This document shows, in pieces, positions 36,620 through 46,794 of a stretch of 64,000 nt of DNA; position 1 is the first letter of the stretch, and each line of letters opens with the position of its first letter. The translations under genes were made by a program, and so were the position numbers. The notes below the pieces were generated by a model. That model ran no database searches. It was not told where the DNA came from and was given only the letters and a program-made list of their open reading frames with translations. Origin of the DNA: a bacterium (lineage in GTDB: Bacteria; Patescibacteriota; JABMPQ01; JBDRIV01). The stretch spans positions 502,943 to 566,942 of the forward strand of contig JBDRIV010000002.1 in the NCBI GenBank assembly GCA_043815505.1. The letters are read 5' to 3'.

Positions 36620-37839
36620 AGCTGCTTGTTTATTTCAGCGTAGGCTTTTTCTAATTGTGGGTCTTTATTGCTATTAAAGTCTTCATCACTTAATTCCACC
36701 TCAATTGTGGGATCAATACCAGCTTTATTTATATCTATCCGATTCGGAGTTAACCATTTAGCTACACTAACTCTTAAGGCCCCATCATTATCAAGTGTAT
36801 GTAATTCTTGAACTGTACCTTTGCCAAAAGTCGTTTTTCCAATCAAACTTACATCTCTATTATCAGCTAAAGCACCAGCCAAAATTTCTGCAGCACTGGC
36901 TGAACCCTCATTTATCAAAACTACCATTGGTAAATCTCCCAATCTCATACTGCCATTACTGCGAGAAATTGTTTCTGTATTGTCGGCATATTCTTCTATC
37001 GCCACAATATCATTTTCTTCTAAAAATTCAGAAGCCACTTCTACTGAAACCTGTAATAAACCACCAGAATTATCTCTTAAGTCCAAAATTATTCCTTTAG
37101 GATTTTGAGGTAATATTTGTGAGATTGCTAAATCTAATTCGCCAGTTGTCTTTTCAGCAAACTGGGTTAATTCCATATACACAACGCCATTATTGTTCAT
37201 TTCCCAAGTTACTGATTTAATATCAATTTGATCTCGCATTATGGTAAAATCCTTTTCATCAAAAGAATCTTTTCTGGCAATTGTTAACACAACTTCACTG
37301 CCTTTTTCACCTCTAATTTTTGCTACCGCTTCATATAAACTTAATGAAGTCACATCCTCACCATTAATTTTTTTGATTAGATCGCCGCTAAGCAAACCGG
37401 CTTTTTTAGCAGGAGAATTTTCCAGCGGTGCAATAATGGTTAATTGTTCATTTTTTATTCCAATTTCGGCGCCGATACCTGAAAATTTGCCGTCAATTTC
37501 ATTTTGAAACTCTTTGGCTTCATCGGGATTCATATAAAGCGTATAGGGATCGTCCAACGCATAAACCATGCCATTAATGGCACCATCAAGCATAGCACTA
37601 TAATCAAGCGGTTGATCCACATAGCGATCTTCAATTAATTTCCAGACATCCCAAAAGGTATCAAAATTAACTTGTTCCGCTTTATCAGTTAAGCGCCCAG
37701 AAAATATTTGTTTAATATTTCCGTTCTCAATTGTAGTTGTGGCTCGGCCAATAAAAAGTCCGCCAATAAAAACCGCTACCAACACAACTAGGATTGTAAA
37801 ATTAGGTCGTTTTTTATGACGCGGTACAAATTTCTCCAT
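36616..37839 (-). CDS. ctpA: S41A C-terminal processing protease
   Basis: LDDPYT, PDZ GIG, DLRDNSGG, SASAAEI, TFGKGTVQ. Confidence 0.92.
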   Translation of the reverse strand: MEKFVPRHKKRPNFTILVVLVAVFIGGLFIGRATTTIENGNIKQIFSGRLTDKAEQVNFDTFWDVWKLIEDRYVDQPLDYSAMLDGAINGMVYALDDPYTLYMNPDEAKEFQNEIDGKFSGIGAEIGIKNEQLTIIAPLENSPAKKAGLLSGDLIKKINGEDVTSLSLYEAVAKIRGEKGSEVVLTIARKDSFDEKDFTIMRDQIDIKSVTWEMNNNGVVYMELTQFAEKTTGELDLAISQILPQNPKGIILDLRDNSGGLLQVSVEVASEFLEENDIVAIEEYADNTETISRSNGSMRLGDLPMVVLINEGSASAAEILAGALADNRDVSLIGKTTFGKGTVQELHTLDNDGALRVSVAKWLTPNRIDINKAGIDPTIEVELSDEDFNSNKDPQLEKAYAEINKQL

Positions 37840-37847
37840 ATTTTTAT

Positions 37848-39773
37848 TTAGAATTTAACAATAAATTCTTTATCCATTAGTAAATCAGTTGTAAAGGTTA
37901 TCGCTTTACCATCTGAGGTTACTTCCCCACCCTCACCAGAAAATGATTTTATATTTTTAGCGAATTTTAAAGTAATATTTAGAGGAGGATTTATTGTACC
38001 CGGCTGCTTTTGCACTTTTAATTTATATTCACCATCATCAACCATAGCTTTAATCCAATCTGGTAATTCATATTCATAAACTAGATCGCTTTCACTATTT
38101 GTTTCTGTAATAGAGAAGGTTCCATAAGCTGTTTTTCCCAATTCTTCAGTTACTTCATAAGATTCGTCTGTTTCATAATAAGATGGACTTACTTGGTTAC
38201 CAGAAATGTTTAAAAGATTTGACGTTTCCGGAACATATAGTCTATTCCAAGTGCGATAACGAGTTGATTTCCAAGTTAAACCGGCGTTGTTTTTGTAGTG
38301 AATTGTAGCTTTAGCAGTAGGTGTTGAATTGGTAAAATCGGCTTCATAAGCTAATGAACGATCCATAAAAGCATCAGTTTTTAGAGCCGCCATGTTGGCA
38401 TCAACTGACATTAGATAATCTCCGTTTTCACTCTGATCAACCGCACCACCCCAATTATTTTTGTCAATAAATGCTTGTTCTGTATCATTTGTCATATAAA
38501 TCAACATTTGCTTTTCGTGCATAGTATCAAAAACAACTTCTGAAAAATCCAACCACTTTTCTTTTGGTAGCGCAAAAATTGTTTCAATAATTTTGTCAGC
38601 CAGTGGACCAATAATATCTTTTCTTTGTTCCTTGTCTGTACCAGTTAATTTATATTCTCTTTCCACAATAAATTGTAATTGTTCAGTGAAATTTTCGTGA
38701 TTGAAAGTATAACCATCAACTGCCAACTCGCCAGTAAAAGCGAGAAAGTTTTCTATGGCAGTTGGTGTTAAAGCGATTACGCCATCAAATTCTGTTGTTC
38801 CACCCTCAATGTCATAGAAATATAAGGCCTTCTCACTGGAAGTTGGAAAATCAGGTGACCAGTTGGAATCTCTAAATGTCCAAGTGGACATATTAGGATT
38901 AGTTAGAACTCGTAGTTGCCAAGGCGGGGTTTCATTAATATCAGCATCTTTATCAAGATTATAAGTATCATCAGTTGTTAAATCCTTAATTTCGGCACTC
39001 GAAATATTTATTTCTCCATAACTACCGTTAAATCCTCCATCGGGTCGAAGTTCAGTATTATTTTTAAATAAAAACAAATAATGTCGGTCTTCCGGATAAC
39101 CGGCCATGGGCGGTAAAACTTGTGATAAATCAGTTACTATTGTCAAACCCTCCTTTAGAGCTGGTAACTGTTCGTTAATAATATCAAGCGCTTCTTTAAT
39201 TTGTGGCAATAAACCAAAAGTTGAAATGGAATTTATGGTTTCGTCGGCCAATTCAATTTTAGCTACTGCTCGAGTCAAATTGGGTGTGGATTCATAAAAT
39301 TCTTGCATTATTTTATATTTATCTGCTTCAGAAAAATCGGAAAAACTGGCATCTTCTTTTTCTTTAAATGGTTCATACAAATTTTCTACTACATCCACAA
39401 CTTCAATTAGAGCACCAGTTATTTCTTCAGCAGAAACCACCATTCCTTCAGCCGCTTTGATTTGGTTACGCACATAAGGAATAAATTTTAAATAAGATAT
39501 TTTTTGAATATCATTTTTGGTGGCAACAAATTTTTCATTAGCTGCTACCAATTTTTGACCAGCATTATCAAGATCTTGTTTGACCGCTAAGTCTTGCGCT
39601 TCCAACAAAAGATTTTTTCCTGCCAAAGCATTTTTGTAAGCCGATTTTCCAGGACTATAAGCAAAGGCAGAGCTGGCACCAATTAAAACAACCGATACTA
39701 CAATTATCCAAATTGTTATTTTTCGAGCTTTGGAAAATTTACTATTGGTAGGATTTATTTTTCTAGTTTTCAT
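37848..39773 (-). CDS. DUF4012-domain membrane-anchored protein (paralog 2)
   Basis: HYLFLFKNNTELRPDGGFNGSYG, FRDSNWSPDFPTSS, NMAALKTD, VQKQPG. Confidence 0.8.
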   Translation of the reverse strand: MKTRKINPTNSKFSKARKITIWIIVVSVVLIGASSAFAYSPGKSAYKNALAGKNLLLEAQDLAVKQDLDNAGQKLVAANEKFVATKNDIQKISYLKFIPYVRNQIKAAEGMVVSAEEITGALIEVVDVVENLYEPFKEKEDASFSDFSEADKYKIMQEFYESTPNLTRAVAKIELADETINSISTFGLLPQIKEALDIINEQLPALKEGLTIVTDLSQVLPPMAGYPEDRHYLFLFKNNTELRPDGGFNGSYGEINISSAEIKDLTTDDTYNLDKDADINETPPWQLRVLTNPNMSTWTFRDSNWSPDFPTSSEKALYFYDIEGGTTEFDGVIALTPTAIENFLAFTGELAVDGYTFNHENFTEQLQFIVEREYKLTGTDKEQRKDIIGPLADKIIETIFALPKEKWLDFSEVVFDTMHEKQMLIYMTNDTEQAFIDKNNWGGAVDQSENGDYLMSVDANMAALKTDAFMDRSLAYEADFTNSTPTAKATIHYKNNAGLTWKSTRYRTWNRLYVPETSNLLNISGNQVSPSYYETDESYEVTEELGKTAYGTFSITETNSESDLVYEYELPDWIKAMVDDGEYKLKVQKQPGTINPPLNITLKFAKNIKSFSGEGGEVTSDGKAITFTTDLLMDKEFIVKF

Positions 39774-40653
39774 TGCTATTTAAATTATTGATTTTATTTA
39801 TTAAATCTCTTTCTTCTGCTCTTCTATATTTCCAAAAATATTTAATGGCACTTTTTATATGAATTCTAGTTAATTTATTGAACATCGCTAAAAATAGACT
39901 GCTTTCGGTTGCACTTTCCCGTTGATAGTAATGAACCATGGCAGCATCGGGATAATAATAGACTTTATAACCAGCTCGCCAGAAACGTCGACACCAATCC
40001 ACATCTTCCATATACATAAAAAATCTTTCATCCATTAAACCAACTTTCTTTATTGCTTCACGTTTAGCCATCATAGCGGAACCTAACATCCAAGCCACCG
40101 GACGCGCTTCTGCGTGATTCCAATTTGTTAAGGAAAACTTTTCTAAATTTTTCTTTCCCTTATTTAGATTACCCAACGAGGTACGACGATAAATTATAGT
40201 TTTAATAGTTGTAAAAAAGGAAAAGCATGAAAATTGAATTGTTCCTTTTGGATTAACAAGTTTGGGTGAAACAATTGCCACCTCTTCGTGTTGATCAAGA
40301 AAGGCGGCTAATTTGTTTATAGAATTTTCTAAAACGGTAATATCAGGATTTAAAATCAAAACATATTTACCACTGGAGTTTTTTATTCCTTGATTGACAG
40401 CTTTAGGAAATCCAACATTCTTTTTATTTTTTATTAACTTTACTTCTTTACTAAAATCATCCTCTATCTTTTCTTTTATCTCGTTACGATTTTTATTGTT
40501 AATAGAATTATCAACTACAATAATTTCAAAACTCTCATTCGGTTTGTTTGCTTCTTTGAGAATTGATTTTATACACTGCATTAAAATACCTGGATTTTCA
40601 TAACTAACCAGGATAATAGAAATGCTTTTTTTATCATCTTTCATTTCTGCCAT
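39763..40653 (-). CDS. GT2 glycosyltransferase (WbbL-like)
   Basis: IIVVDNS, NVGFPKAVNQG, LILNPD, DERFFMYMEDVDWC. Confidence 0.9.
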   Translation of the reverse strand: MAEMKDDKKSISIILVSYENPGILMQCIKSILKEANKPNESFEIIVVDNSINNKNRNEIKEKIEDDFSKEVKLIKNKKNVGFPKAVNQGIKNSSGKYVLILNPDITVLENSINKLAAFLDQHEEVAIVSPKLVNPKGTIQFSCFSFFTTIKTIIYRRTSLGNLNKGKKNLEKFSLTNWNHAEARPVAWMLGSAMMAKREAIKKVGLMDERFFMYMEDVDWCRRFWRAGYKVYYYPDAAMVHYYQRESATESSLFLAMFNKLTRIHIKSAIKYFWKYRRAEERDLINKINNLNSNEN

Positions 40654-40707
40654 TGCTTTAGTCGGAACCAATTACAAGTAGAGATTTATAGATATAAAAT
40701 ATCAATT

Positions 40708-42207
40708 TTAGCCTTCTTTGTCAAAATGCCCTGCTGGTTTAATTAGAGCCATGGCCGAAGCTATTATAATTAGACCAATTCCTATAGGGTGATTCAAATA
40801 AGGAGTAAAAAAATTAAGAATTAACAGACAAACTAGACTTAAGAAAATACCTGTATAGAGATAAGAATTTAACATTTTATGCCAAATATTTTTGGCAATA
40901 AACATAAGGTAAGCCAAATAAGCTAACAGTCCAATAAAACCAAATTCAACTATCATGTCTAAATACGTCCACTCCAAAGAATAAGTTTCAATTTGATCCG
41001 TACCGTTTAAATCTATATAACGCAAGTCGCTCGTTGTGTAAGCCGTTTTGGTGCCAAAACCTTGTCCGATTATGGGATTAACTTTTACATTTTCCATTAA
41101 CGGATTCCATAAACTCCATCTACTTCTGGCAGCTGCTTCGGAATCTAAATCTGATGTTCTGTCACTTAATAAATTGATAGCAGAAAAATCCTGTCCCCCA
41201 CCAAGAGGTAGTGGAAATTTAACAACAATGGTTAGAAATATAACAGCTATAATGGCCGATAAAGTTAACCAAGATAAATATTTTATTATTCTTTTTAGCT
41301 CAATTCTTTGTATCAGCAATAATATAATTGCTATTGCAATTGTTCCAACTAATCCCATCCAAAAACTTCTGGATAATCCAATAATAATTATAAAACTGTT
41401 CAGGGTGAGCATTATGTAAGCAGATGAAAAATATTTGGCTGACCTAATTTTTTCCTGTGGCCAAAGATAAGCCACTAAAATAAACCAAGCTACAATATTA
41501 AACAAATGTGATTGAAAAAATATACGGTAAAAACCATGACCGTAATTAGTTATCTCACCAACGCCAGTGTCTCTTATCCATTTATACAAACCCGCCATAG
41601 TTTCGGTGAAACCATGAGAAAAAGTATACAAAACTAAAGTAGTTTCAATGGCGACGGCGGTAGTGGCAAAAAGTAAATAACGCACTACTTTTTCCAGTTT
41701 TTTCTTGTTATTAATTTCCGCCACCGCCATTGGCACTAGTCCTAAAAACAAATAACCGTTAGCATCCAAAAAGATATCAATTAAAGGATTATTATTTATA
41801 TAAGCTATTAACACTCCCCAACCAATAGCTAAAATTGTCAGCCAATAATAGATTCCGATTTTTTTAGTAAATACAGGATTTTTAAAAATGGCTGAGTGGT
41901 TTTTTAGCAATGAAATTATTATCCAGGCTGCAAGGACAGTTAAAAATATTCCTAGGCGCAAGGAAATTTTTGTGCCGAGCAATTCTGCAAAAAACAAATA
42001 ACCCTTTCCCCCAATAATTAATTCAAATAAAACTATTAGCAATCCGTAAAGTGGTTTATATAAGGTAAAAATTGCTGTCAGAATTAAAACTATCCAAAAT
42101 ACCGTTTGATTTATCAGCAAATTTGAAATCCCCCACAACGAAAACGCTTCCACTAGAGCCCAAGCAATTAAAACATAAAAGAATTCTTTGCCAAAAATAT
42201 TTTTCAT
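40708..42207 (-). CDS. O-antigen ligase/polymerase-family membrane protein
   Basis: Multi-TM; SRSFW, R..LW, NPIIGQGFG, YLDM..EFG.IGL. Confidence 0.8.
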   Translation of the reverse strand: MKNIFGKEFFYVLIAWALVEAFSLWGISNLLINQTVFWIVLILTAIFTLYKPLYGLLIVLFELIIGGKGYLFFAELLGTKISLRLGIFLTVLAAWIIISLLKNHSAIFKNPVFTKKIGIYYWLTILAIGWGVLIAYINNNPLIDIFLDANGYLFLGLVPMAVAEINNKKKLEKVVRYLLFATTAVAIETTLVLYTFSHGFTETMAGLYKWIRDTGVGEITNYGHGFYRIFFQSHLFNIVAWFILVAYLWPQEKIRSAKYFSSAYIMLTLNSFIIIIGLSRSFWMGLVGTIAIAIILLLIQRIELKRIIKYLSWLTLSAIIAVIFLTIVVKFPLPLGGGQDFSAINLLSDRTSDLDSEAAARSRWSLWNPLMENVKVNPIIGQGFGTKTAYTTSDLRYIDLNGTDQIETYSLEWTYLDMIVEFGFIGLLAYLAYLMFIAKNIWHKMLNSYLYTGIFLSLVCLLILNFFTPYLNHPIGIGLIIIASAMALIKPAGHFDKEG

Positions 42208-43088
42208 TTATTTTTATCTCGTTTAATTGTTTTGAAAGTTTCTATTAAATTTACAACTAGGGCCAAGAATAAACTTAGGGGCGCCAAGAATAAAATAATA
42301 TTCTTTTCACTTCCTTGACCATGTTTTTTAAAATATTTGTATAAGCTATTCAAATAAATATATTGTTTTTTGACCGCGGGCAATTTAGCAAAGCTTTCTC
42401 CTTTTTGGTGCAGGATTGAGGTGCCAGCTAAATACATAATTTTTAAACCCTTGTCTTTAGCTCGTTTACAGAAATCTACTTCTTCAAACCAGAGAAAATA
42501 ATTTTCATCAAACTGACCAATTTTTTCAATGGCAGTTTGGGAAATTAAGAAAGCTGCTCCCATTACTTGATCAACACTATCAGAATAATCATAATCAAAA
42601 CTTTTGGCTAAATAATTTTTAATAGCTTTTAGTTTAAATAATTGATGAAGCTTTAATAAAATTAAACTTTGGGATTTGATATCAGGAAATCTTCTGACCG
42701 ATTCTTGAATACTGCCGTCGTAATTTAAAATCTTACATCCGGCCACGCCCAAATTTTTAATATCTTTGGCTTGATCAATAAAACTGCGCAAGGTATTTTC
42801 ATCAGGAATTAAAACATCAGGATTTAGAAGTAAAATATATTCACCTTTGGCTTTACCAATTCCCTGATTAACGGCCGTAGCAAAACCAAAATTAACTTTG
42901 TTATGAATGATATAACTTTGTGGCCAACGCTTTCCCACTTCCCAGATATCACAATCCATGGAATTATTATCGACAATAATAATTTCGAAATCAATGTTTT
43001 TAGTTTTTTCTACAATAGATTTTATACACTTATTCAATTCCCGACTGACATTCCAGTTAACAATAATTATGGAAAGTTCTTTATTCAT
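42204..43088 (-). CDS. GT2 glycosyltransferase (WbbL-like)
   Basis: SIIIVNWN, VDNNS, GFATAVNQG, LLLNPD, FDENYFLWFEEVDFC. Confidence 0.9.
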   Translation of the reverse strand: MNKELSIIIVNWNVSRELNKCIKSIVEKTKNIDFEIIIVDNNSMDCDIWEVGKRWPQSYIIHNKVNFGFATAVNQGIGKAKGEYILLLNPDVLIPDENTLRSFIDQAKDIKNLGVAGCKILNYDGSIQESVRRFPDIKSQSLILLKLHQLFKLKAIKNYLAKSFDYDYSDSVDQVMGAAFLISQTAIEKIGQFDENYFLWFEEVDFCKRAKDKGLKIMYLAGTSILHQKGESFAKLPAVKKQYIYLNSLYKYFKKHGQGSEKNIILFLAPLSLFLALVVNLIETFKTIKRDKNK

Positions 43089-44226
43089 CAATTTTATCTA
43101 ATACTTCTTGTTTAAATTTGCTTAGAAGTGTTTCCCATTGTAATTCGTTTTCGGCGCGTAACTTTCCGTTTAAAGCTAATTTATTTCTTAATTCGTCGTT
43201 TTGCAGAATTTCAATAATTTTATCAGCGATTTCTGCTTCATTTTCCGGATCAACCAAAATTCCTGTCTTACCATCCAAAATTGCGTCAGCTGTTCCCCCA
43301 CCGCGTCCGCCAATTACCGCTTTGCCATAAATATTGGCTTCCACATAAACCATGCCAAATCCTTCCACATCATCTTTGATGGGACGCGATGCTAAAATTA
43401 ATATGTCGCAAGCAGAATAATATTTCGCTAAATCTTCATCACTCACTTTACCGGCAAAAATAACCTTGTCTTCTAAATTGTTTTCTTTTACTAATTTAAC
43501 TAAATTTTCTTTATTTTCACCATCTCCCACAATAACATATTTAGCTTGAGGAATTGTTTCTAAAACTTTTTTCAGGGCAGAAATTACTTTGTCATGTCCT
43601 TTTCTAGCCATCAACCTAGCTACTGTTAAAATTATTTTGTCATCCTTATTTAAATTCAGTTCACTTCTAGCTTCATCTTGGTTCCAGATTTTTTCTGGTT
43701 GCGATACTCCCGGCCACAGTTTATATATTTTTTCTTCTGGTACAGAAAATTTCATAATTTCCTTTTTGGTAAATTCACTTATGGTTATAATTTTCTCGGC
43801 TTGAGCAAAAACTTTTTTTGATAACCAACTTTTGTCTCGAGCGTGATGTAGCAGAGTTACGTCCATACCATAGGTAAAAATAATATAGGGAATTCCGAAA
43901 AGTTTCTTGGCAAAATAGGCGGCGGCTCCTAAGGGATGAATTTGACCAGCATAAATAATGTCGGGCTTCTTTATAATTACCAATTTTAAGGTATGCCAAA
44001 GCAAGGGAATAAATCTCGGTTTAGGCCATCTCTTACTATTCAGGAATTTCTTTCTTACTATTTTGTAAGGCTCTTGTTTATCAAACTCTTTGCAATTTTT
44101 GAACGGAGGTACTAAAATAGTCAGTTCTTCTTTATCTTTTAAGAAATGACTGAAATTGTAGAGAGAATTCTCTATACCACCCACTTGTGGTGGGTAGAAA
44201 AATGTTACTAATAGGCTTTTCTTCAT
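43081..44226 (-). CDS. GT4 glycosyltransferase (PimB-like)
   Basis: YPPQVGGIE, VARLMARKG, EGFGMVYVEA. Confidence 0.9.
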   Translation of the reverse strand: MKKSLLVTFFYPPQVGGIENSLYNFSHFLKDKEELTILVPPFKNCKEFDKQEPYKIVRKKFLNSKRWPKPRFIPLLWHTLKLVIIKKPDIIYAGQIHPLGAAAYFAKKLFGIPYIIFTYGMDVTLLHHARDKSWLSKKVFAQAEKIITISEFTKKEIMKFSVPEEKIYKLWPGVSQPEKIWNQDEARSELNLNKDDKIILTVARLMARKGHDKVISALKKVLETIPQAKYVIVGDGENKENLVKLVKENNLEDKVIFAGKVSDEDLAKYYSACDILILASRPIKDDVEGFGMVYVEANIYGKAVIGGRGGGTADAILDGKTGILVDPENEAEIADKIIEILQNDELRNKLALNGKLRAENELQWETLLSKFKQEVLDKIDE

Positions 44227-44283
44227 TGGATGTTTTATAGAAATTCCTTTATATTATAGCAGAAATATACATTTTTGCTTTGA

Positions 44284-44392
44284 TTGAGGCTTATTAACAG
44301 ACGTGTTATTATAAACTATACTCGGTAGTACAACAAGTTTTTGTACTATTGGGCCGATAAATAATATATTCATTAAGTTGTGCTACTGGGAT
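44284..44392 (+). promoter_or_regulatory. Promoter and structured 5' leader of the flippase operon
   Basis: TTGAGG-N17-TATTAT (TG extension); 44321-44334 is complementary to both 44341-44353 and 44377-44390. Confidence 0.55.
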
Positions 44393-45853
44393 ATGTTTAA
44401 AGATATCAAAAAACTGGGTACAGATACAATTATTTACGCTGTTGGTTCAGGTTTACAAAGCCTGATCAATTTTTTGCTAATTCCCTTATACACCAGAAAT
44501 CTGGATACGGCCGATTATGGACGTTTGGAGCTTCTAAACACCGTGTTGGCAGTTTTAAATATGATTTTTTTAATCGGGATGGCTTCAGCAATAATTAAAG
44601 TCGCCAACCGCGATACAAAATCTGATGATCACAAAAAAATTGCCAGTGGTACTGCTTTCATTTTTGTTGTTCCAATTACAATTATTTTCACTGTTTTAGC
44701 TTGGTTTAAAGCGACCGAACTGGCAGAATTGGTTTTAGGAAATGCTGAACTTGTTAATTTGGTAAAACTGCTACTGCTGGCCAATGCAGTTATGATTCCT
44801 GAAACTATCTTCTTTTCCACTCTCAGAAGTCAGGATAGAGCCAAAATTTATTCTTCTCTGTGGATTGTTAGAGCGTTTGTTATCTTAGGTCTAAATAGTT
44901 ATTTCTTGATAGTCCAAAAAATGGGTATAGCCGGAATTTTAACCGGTAATTTAATTGCTCACTTTTTAATTCTGATCGTTTTCTTTTTATTTGTTAATAG
45001 AACTGTAAAATTTAAATGGGACAATTTTCTTTTTCGCAAACTTATAAAATTTGGTTTGCCAATAATTCCTGCGTCGCTAGCAATGTGGATTATGGATTTA
45101 TCCGATCGCTATTTTCTAAAACACTATTTTGATTTCACCGAAGTCGGGATTTATTCTCTGGGTTATAAACTTGGATTCTTTTTGTCTGTAGTTTTGGTTA
45201 CACCTTTTCAAATGGCTTGGCCCACAATCTCCTATCGCTTGGCCAATGAACCCGACAGCAAAAAAACTTTTGCCAGAATTTTTACTTACTTCTTTTTGTT
45301 GGCCTCAGCGGCCGCGCTGGGAATTTCTATTTTTGATGAAGCCTTAATTACCATTATGTCACCGGCCGAATATATTACGGCTGCCACCATTGTTCCACTA
45401 GTTGCTTTTTCTTATGTCTTTTATGGTTTGCATTTTGTGCTGGCCCAAGGAATTCATATTGTTGAAAAAACTAAATATTATCCGTGGGTAATAATTATTC
45501 CGGCAGTACTAAACTTTGGTTTAAACTATTTCTTTGTTCCTCGTTTTGGTATGATGGGAGCAGCCATTACCACCATCATCTCTTTTGCCATTGTAATATT
45601 TCTTACCTATCTTGTGGCCAATAAGTACTATCCTGTTAAACAGGAATGGCTGCGTTTGTTTAAAATCGTAATTGCCGTTATAATTCCACTAATAATCTCT
45701 TATTTTCTGCCCACCGCTCTGCTTTCAAACATCTTGACAGGAGTGTTAATATTTGGTCTATTTATATTATTACTGTTTGTATTTGGATTTTTCAATAAAG
45801 AAGAGTTTGCCCAACTAAAAGGTTTAAGATCAATGTTTAAAAAAGCCAAATGA
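44393..45853 (+). CDS. Wzx-type polysaccharide flippase
   Basis: IPLYTR.L...DYG, FGLP, SDRY, VGIYSLGYK; many TMs. Confidence 0.9.
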   Translation: MFKDIKKLGTDTIIYAVGSGLQSLINFLLIPLYTRNLDTADYGRLELLNTVLAVLNMIFLIGMASAIIKVANRDTKSDDHKKIASGTAFIFVVPITIIFTVLAWFKATELAELVLGNAELVNLVKLLLLANAVMIPETIFFSTLRSQDRAKIYSSLWIVRAFVILGLNSYFLIVQKMGIAGILTGNLIAHFLILIVFFLFVNRTVKFKWDNFLFRKLIKFGLPIIPASLAMWIMDLSDRYFLKHYFDFTEVGIYSLGYKLGFFLSVVLVTPFQMAWPTISYRLANEPDSKKTFARIFTYFFLLASAAALGISIFDEALITIMSPAEYITAATIVPLVAFSYVFYGLHFVLAQGIHIVEKTKYYPWVIIIPAVLNFGLNYFFVPRFGMMGAAITTIISFAIVIFLTYLVANKYYPVKQEWLRLFKIVIAVIIPLIISYFLPTALLSNILTGVLIFGLFILLLFVFGFFNKEEFAQLKGLRSMFKKAK

Positions 45854-46794
45854 AATTAATTGTAACCATACCAGCTTATAACGAAGAGCAAACTATTGCT
45901 CAGGTCATAAAGGAAATTCCTAGAACCATAGAAGGAATTGCTGAAGTTTTAGTTTTGGTTTTAAATGATGGTTCAACCGACAGAACAGCAGAGATGGCCA
46001 AGGCGGCGGGAGCAGATTTTATATTTTCCCACAAAACCAATGAAGGCTTAGCCCGAACTTTTTCTGATGCCATAAATAAAGCTTTAGAGCACGGAGCCGA
46101 CATTATTGTAAATACCGACGCTGACAATCATTACGATCAGTCTCGTTTGGAAGAACTGGTACAACCCATACTTAATAAAAAAGCGGATATTGTGGTTTCA
46201 AATCGTGATATTAAAAATCTAAAGGAGATGCCTTTAGTAAATCGCCTAGGAAATGCTTTAGGAAGTTTCTTTGTAACAAGACTTACTGGTTTGCCTAAAG
46301 ATATTGATGTCTCCAGTGGTTATCGTGCTTATGCCAGGTCCGCCGCTATGAAAATAAATATAATTTCTACTCACACCTATGCACACGAATCCTTAATTCA
46401 AGCCAAGAATAATAATTTAATTATCAAATCTGTCACCATTCCCGCCCGCGCCGTCAAACGCAAATCTCGCCTTATCAGAAACGTCCCTTCTCACATCACC
46501 TCCTCACTTATTACTATCCTAAAAACCTTTGCTATTTATCGTCCTTTGCGGGTGATGTTGTTTTTAGGCAGTATTCTATTTTTCTTTGGATTAATTGGTT
46601 TTGGTCGCTTCTTATATTTTTATTATACCGAGGGTGGCGATGGTCACATTCAATCACTTATTTTATCGGCGGTTTTAGTTATCGTTGGTTTTCAGGTCAG
46701 TATTATGGGTCTGGTTTCGTCAGCTATTGGTTATAATCGCAAAATTTTAGAAGATATTTCCACCAAGCTTAAACAAAACAAGTACGATCGATGA
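45850..46794 (+). CDS. GT2 polyprenol-phosphate glycosyltransferase (DPM1/GtrB-like) with C-terminal TMs
   Basis: IPAYNEE, NDGSTD, NTDADNHY, DVSSGYRAY. Confidence 0.85.
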   Translation: MKLIVTIPAYNEEQTIAQVIKEIPRTIEGIAEVLVLVLNDGSTDRTAEMAKAAGADFIFSHKTNEGLARTFSDAINKALEHGADIIVNTDADNHYDQSRLEELVQPILNKKADIVVSNRDIKNLKEMPLVNRLGNALGSFFVTRLTGLPKDIDVSSGYRAYARSAAMKINIISTHTYAHESLIQAKNNNLIIKSVTIPARAVKRKSRLIRNVPSHITSSLITILKTFAIYRPLRVMLFLGSILFFFGLIGFGRFLYFYYTEGGDGHIQSLILSAVLVIVGFQVSIMGLVSSAIGYNRKILEDISTKLKQNKYDR

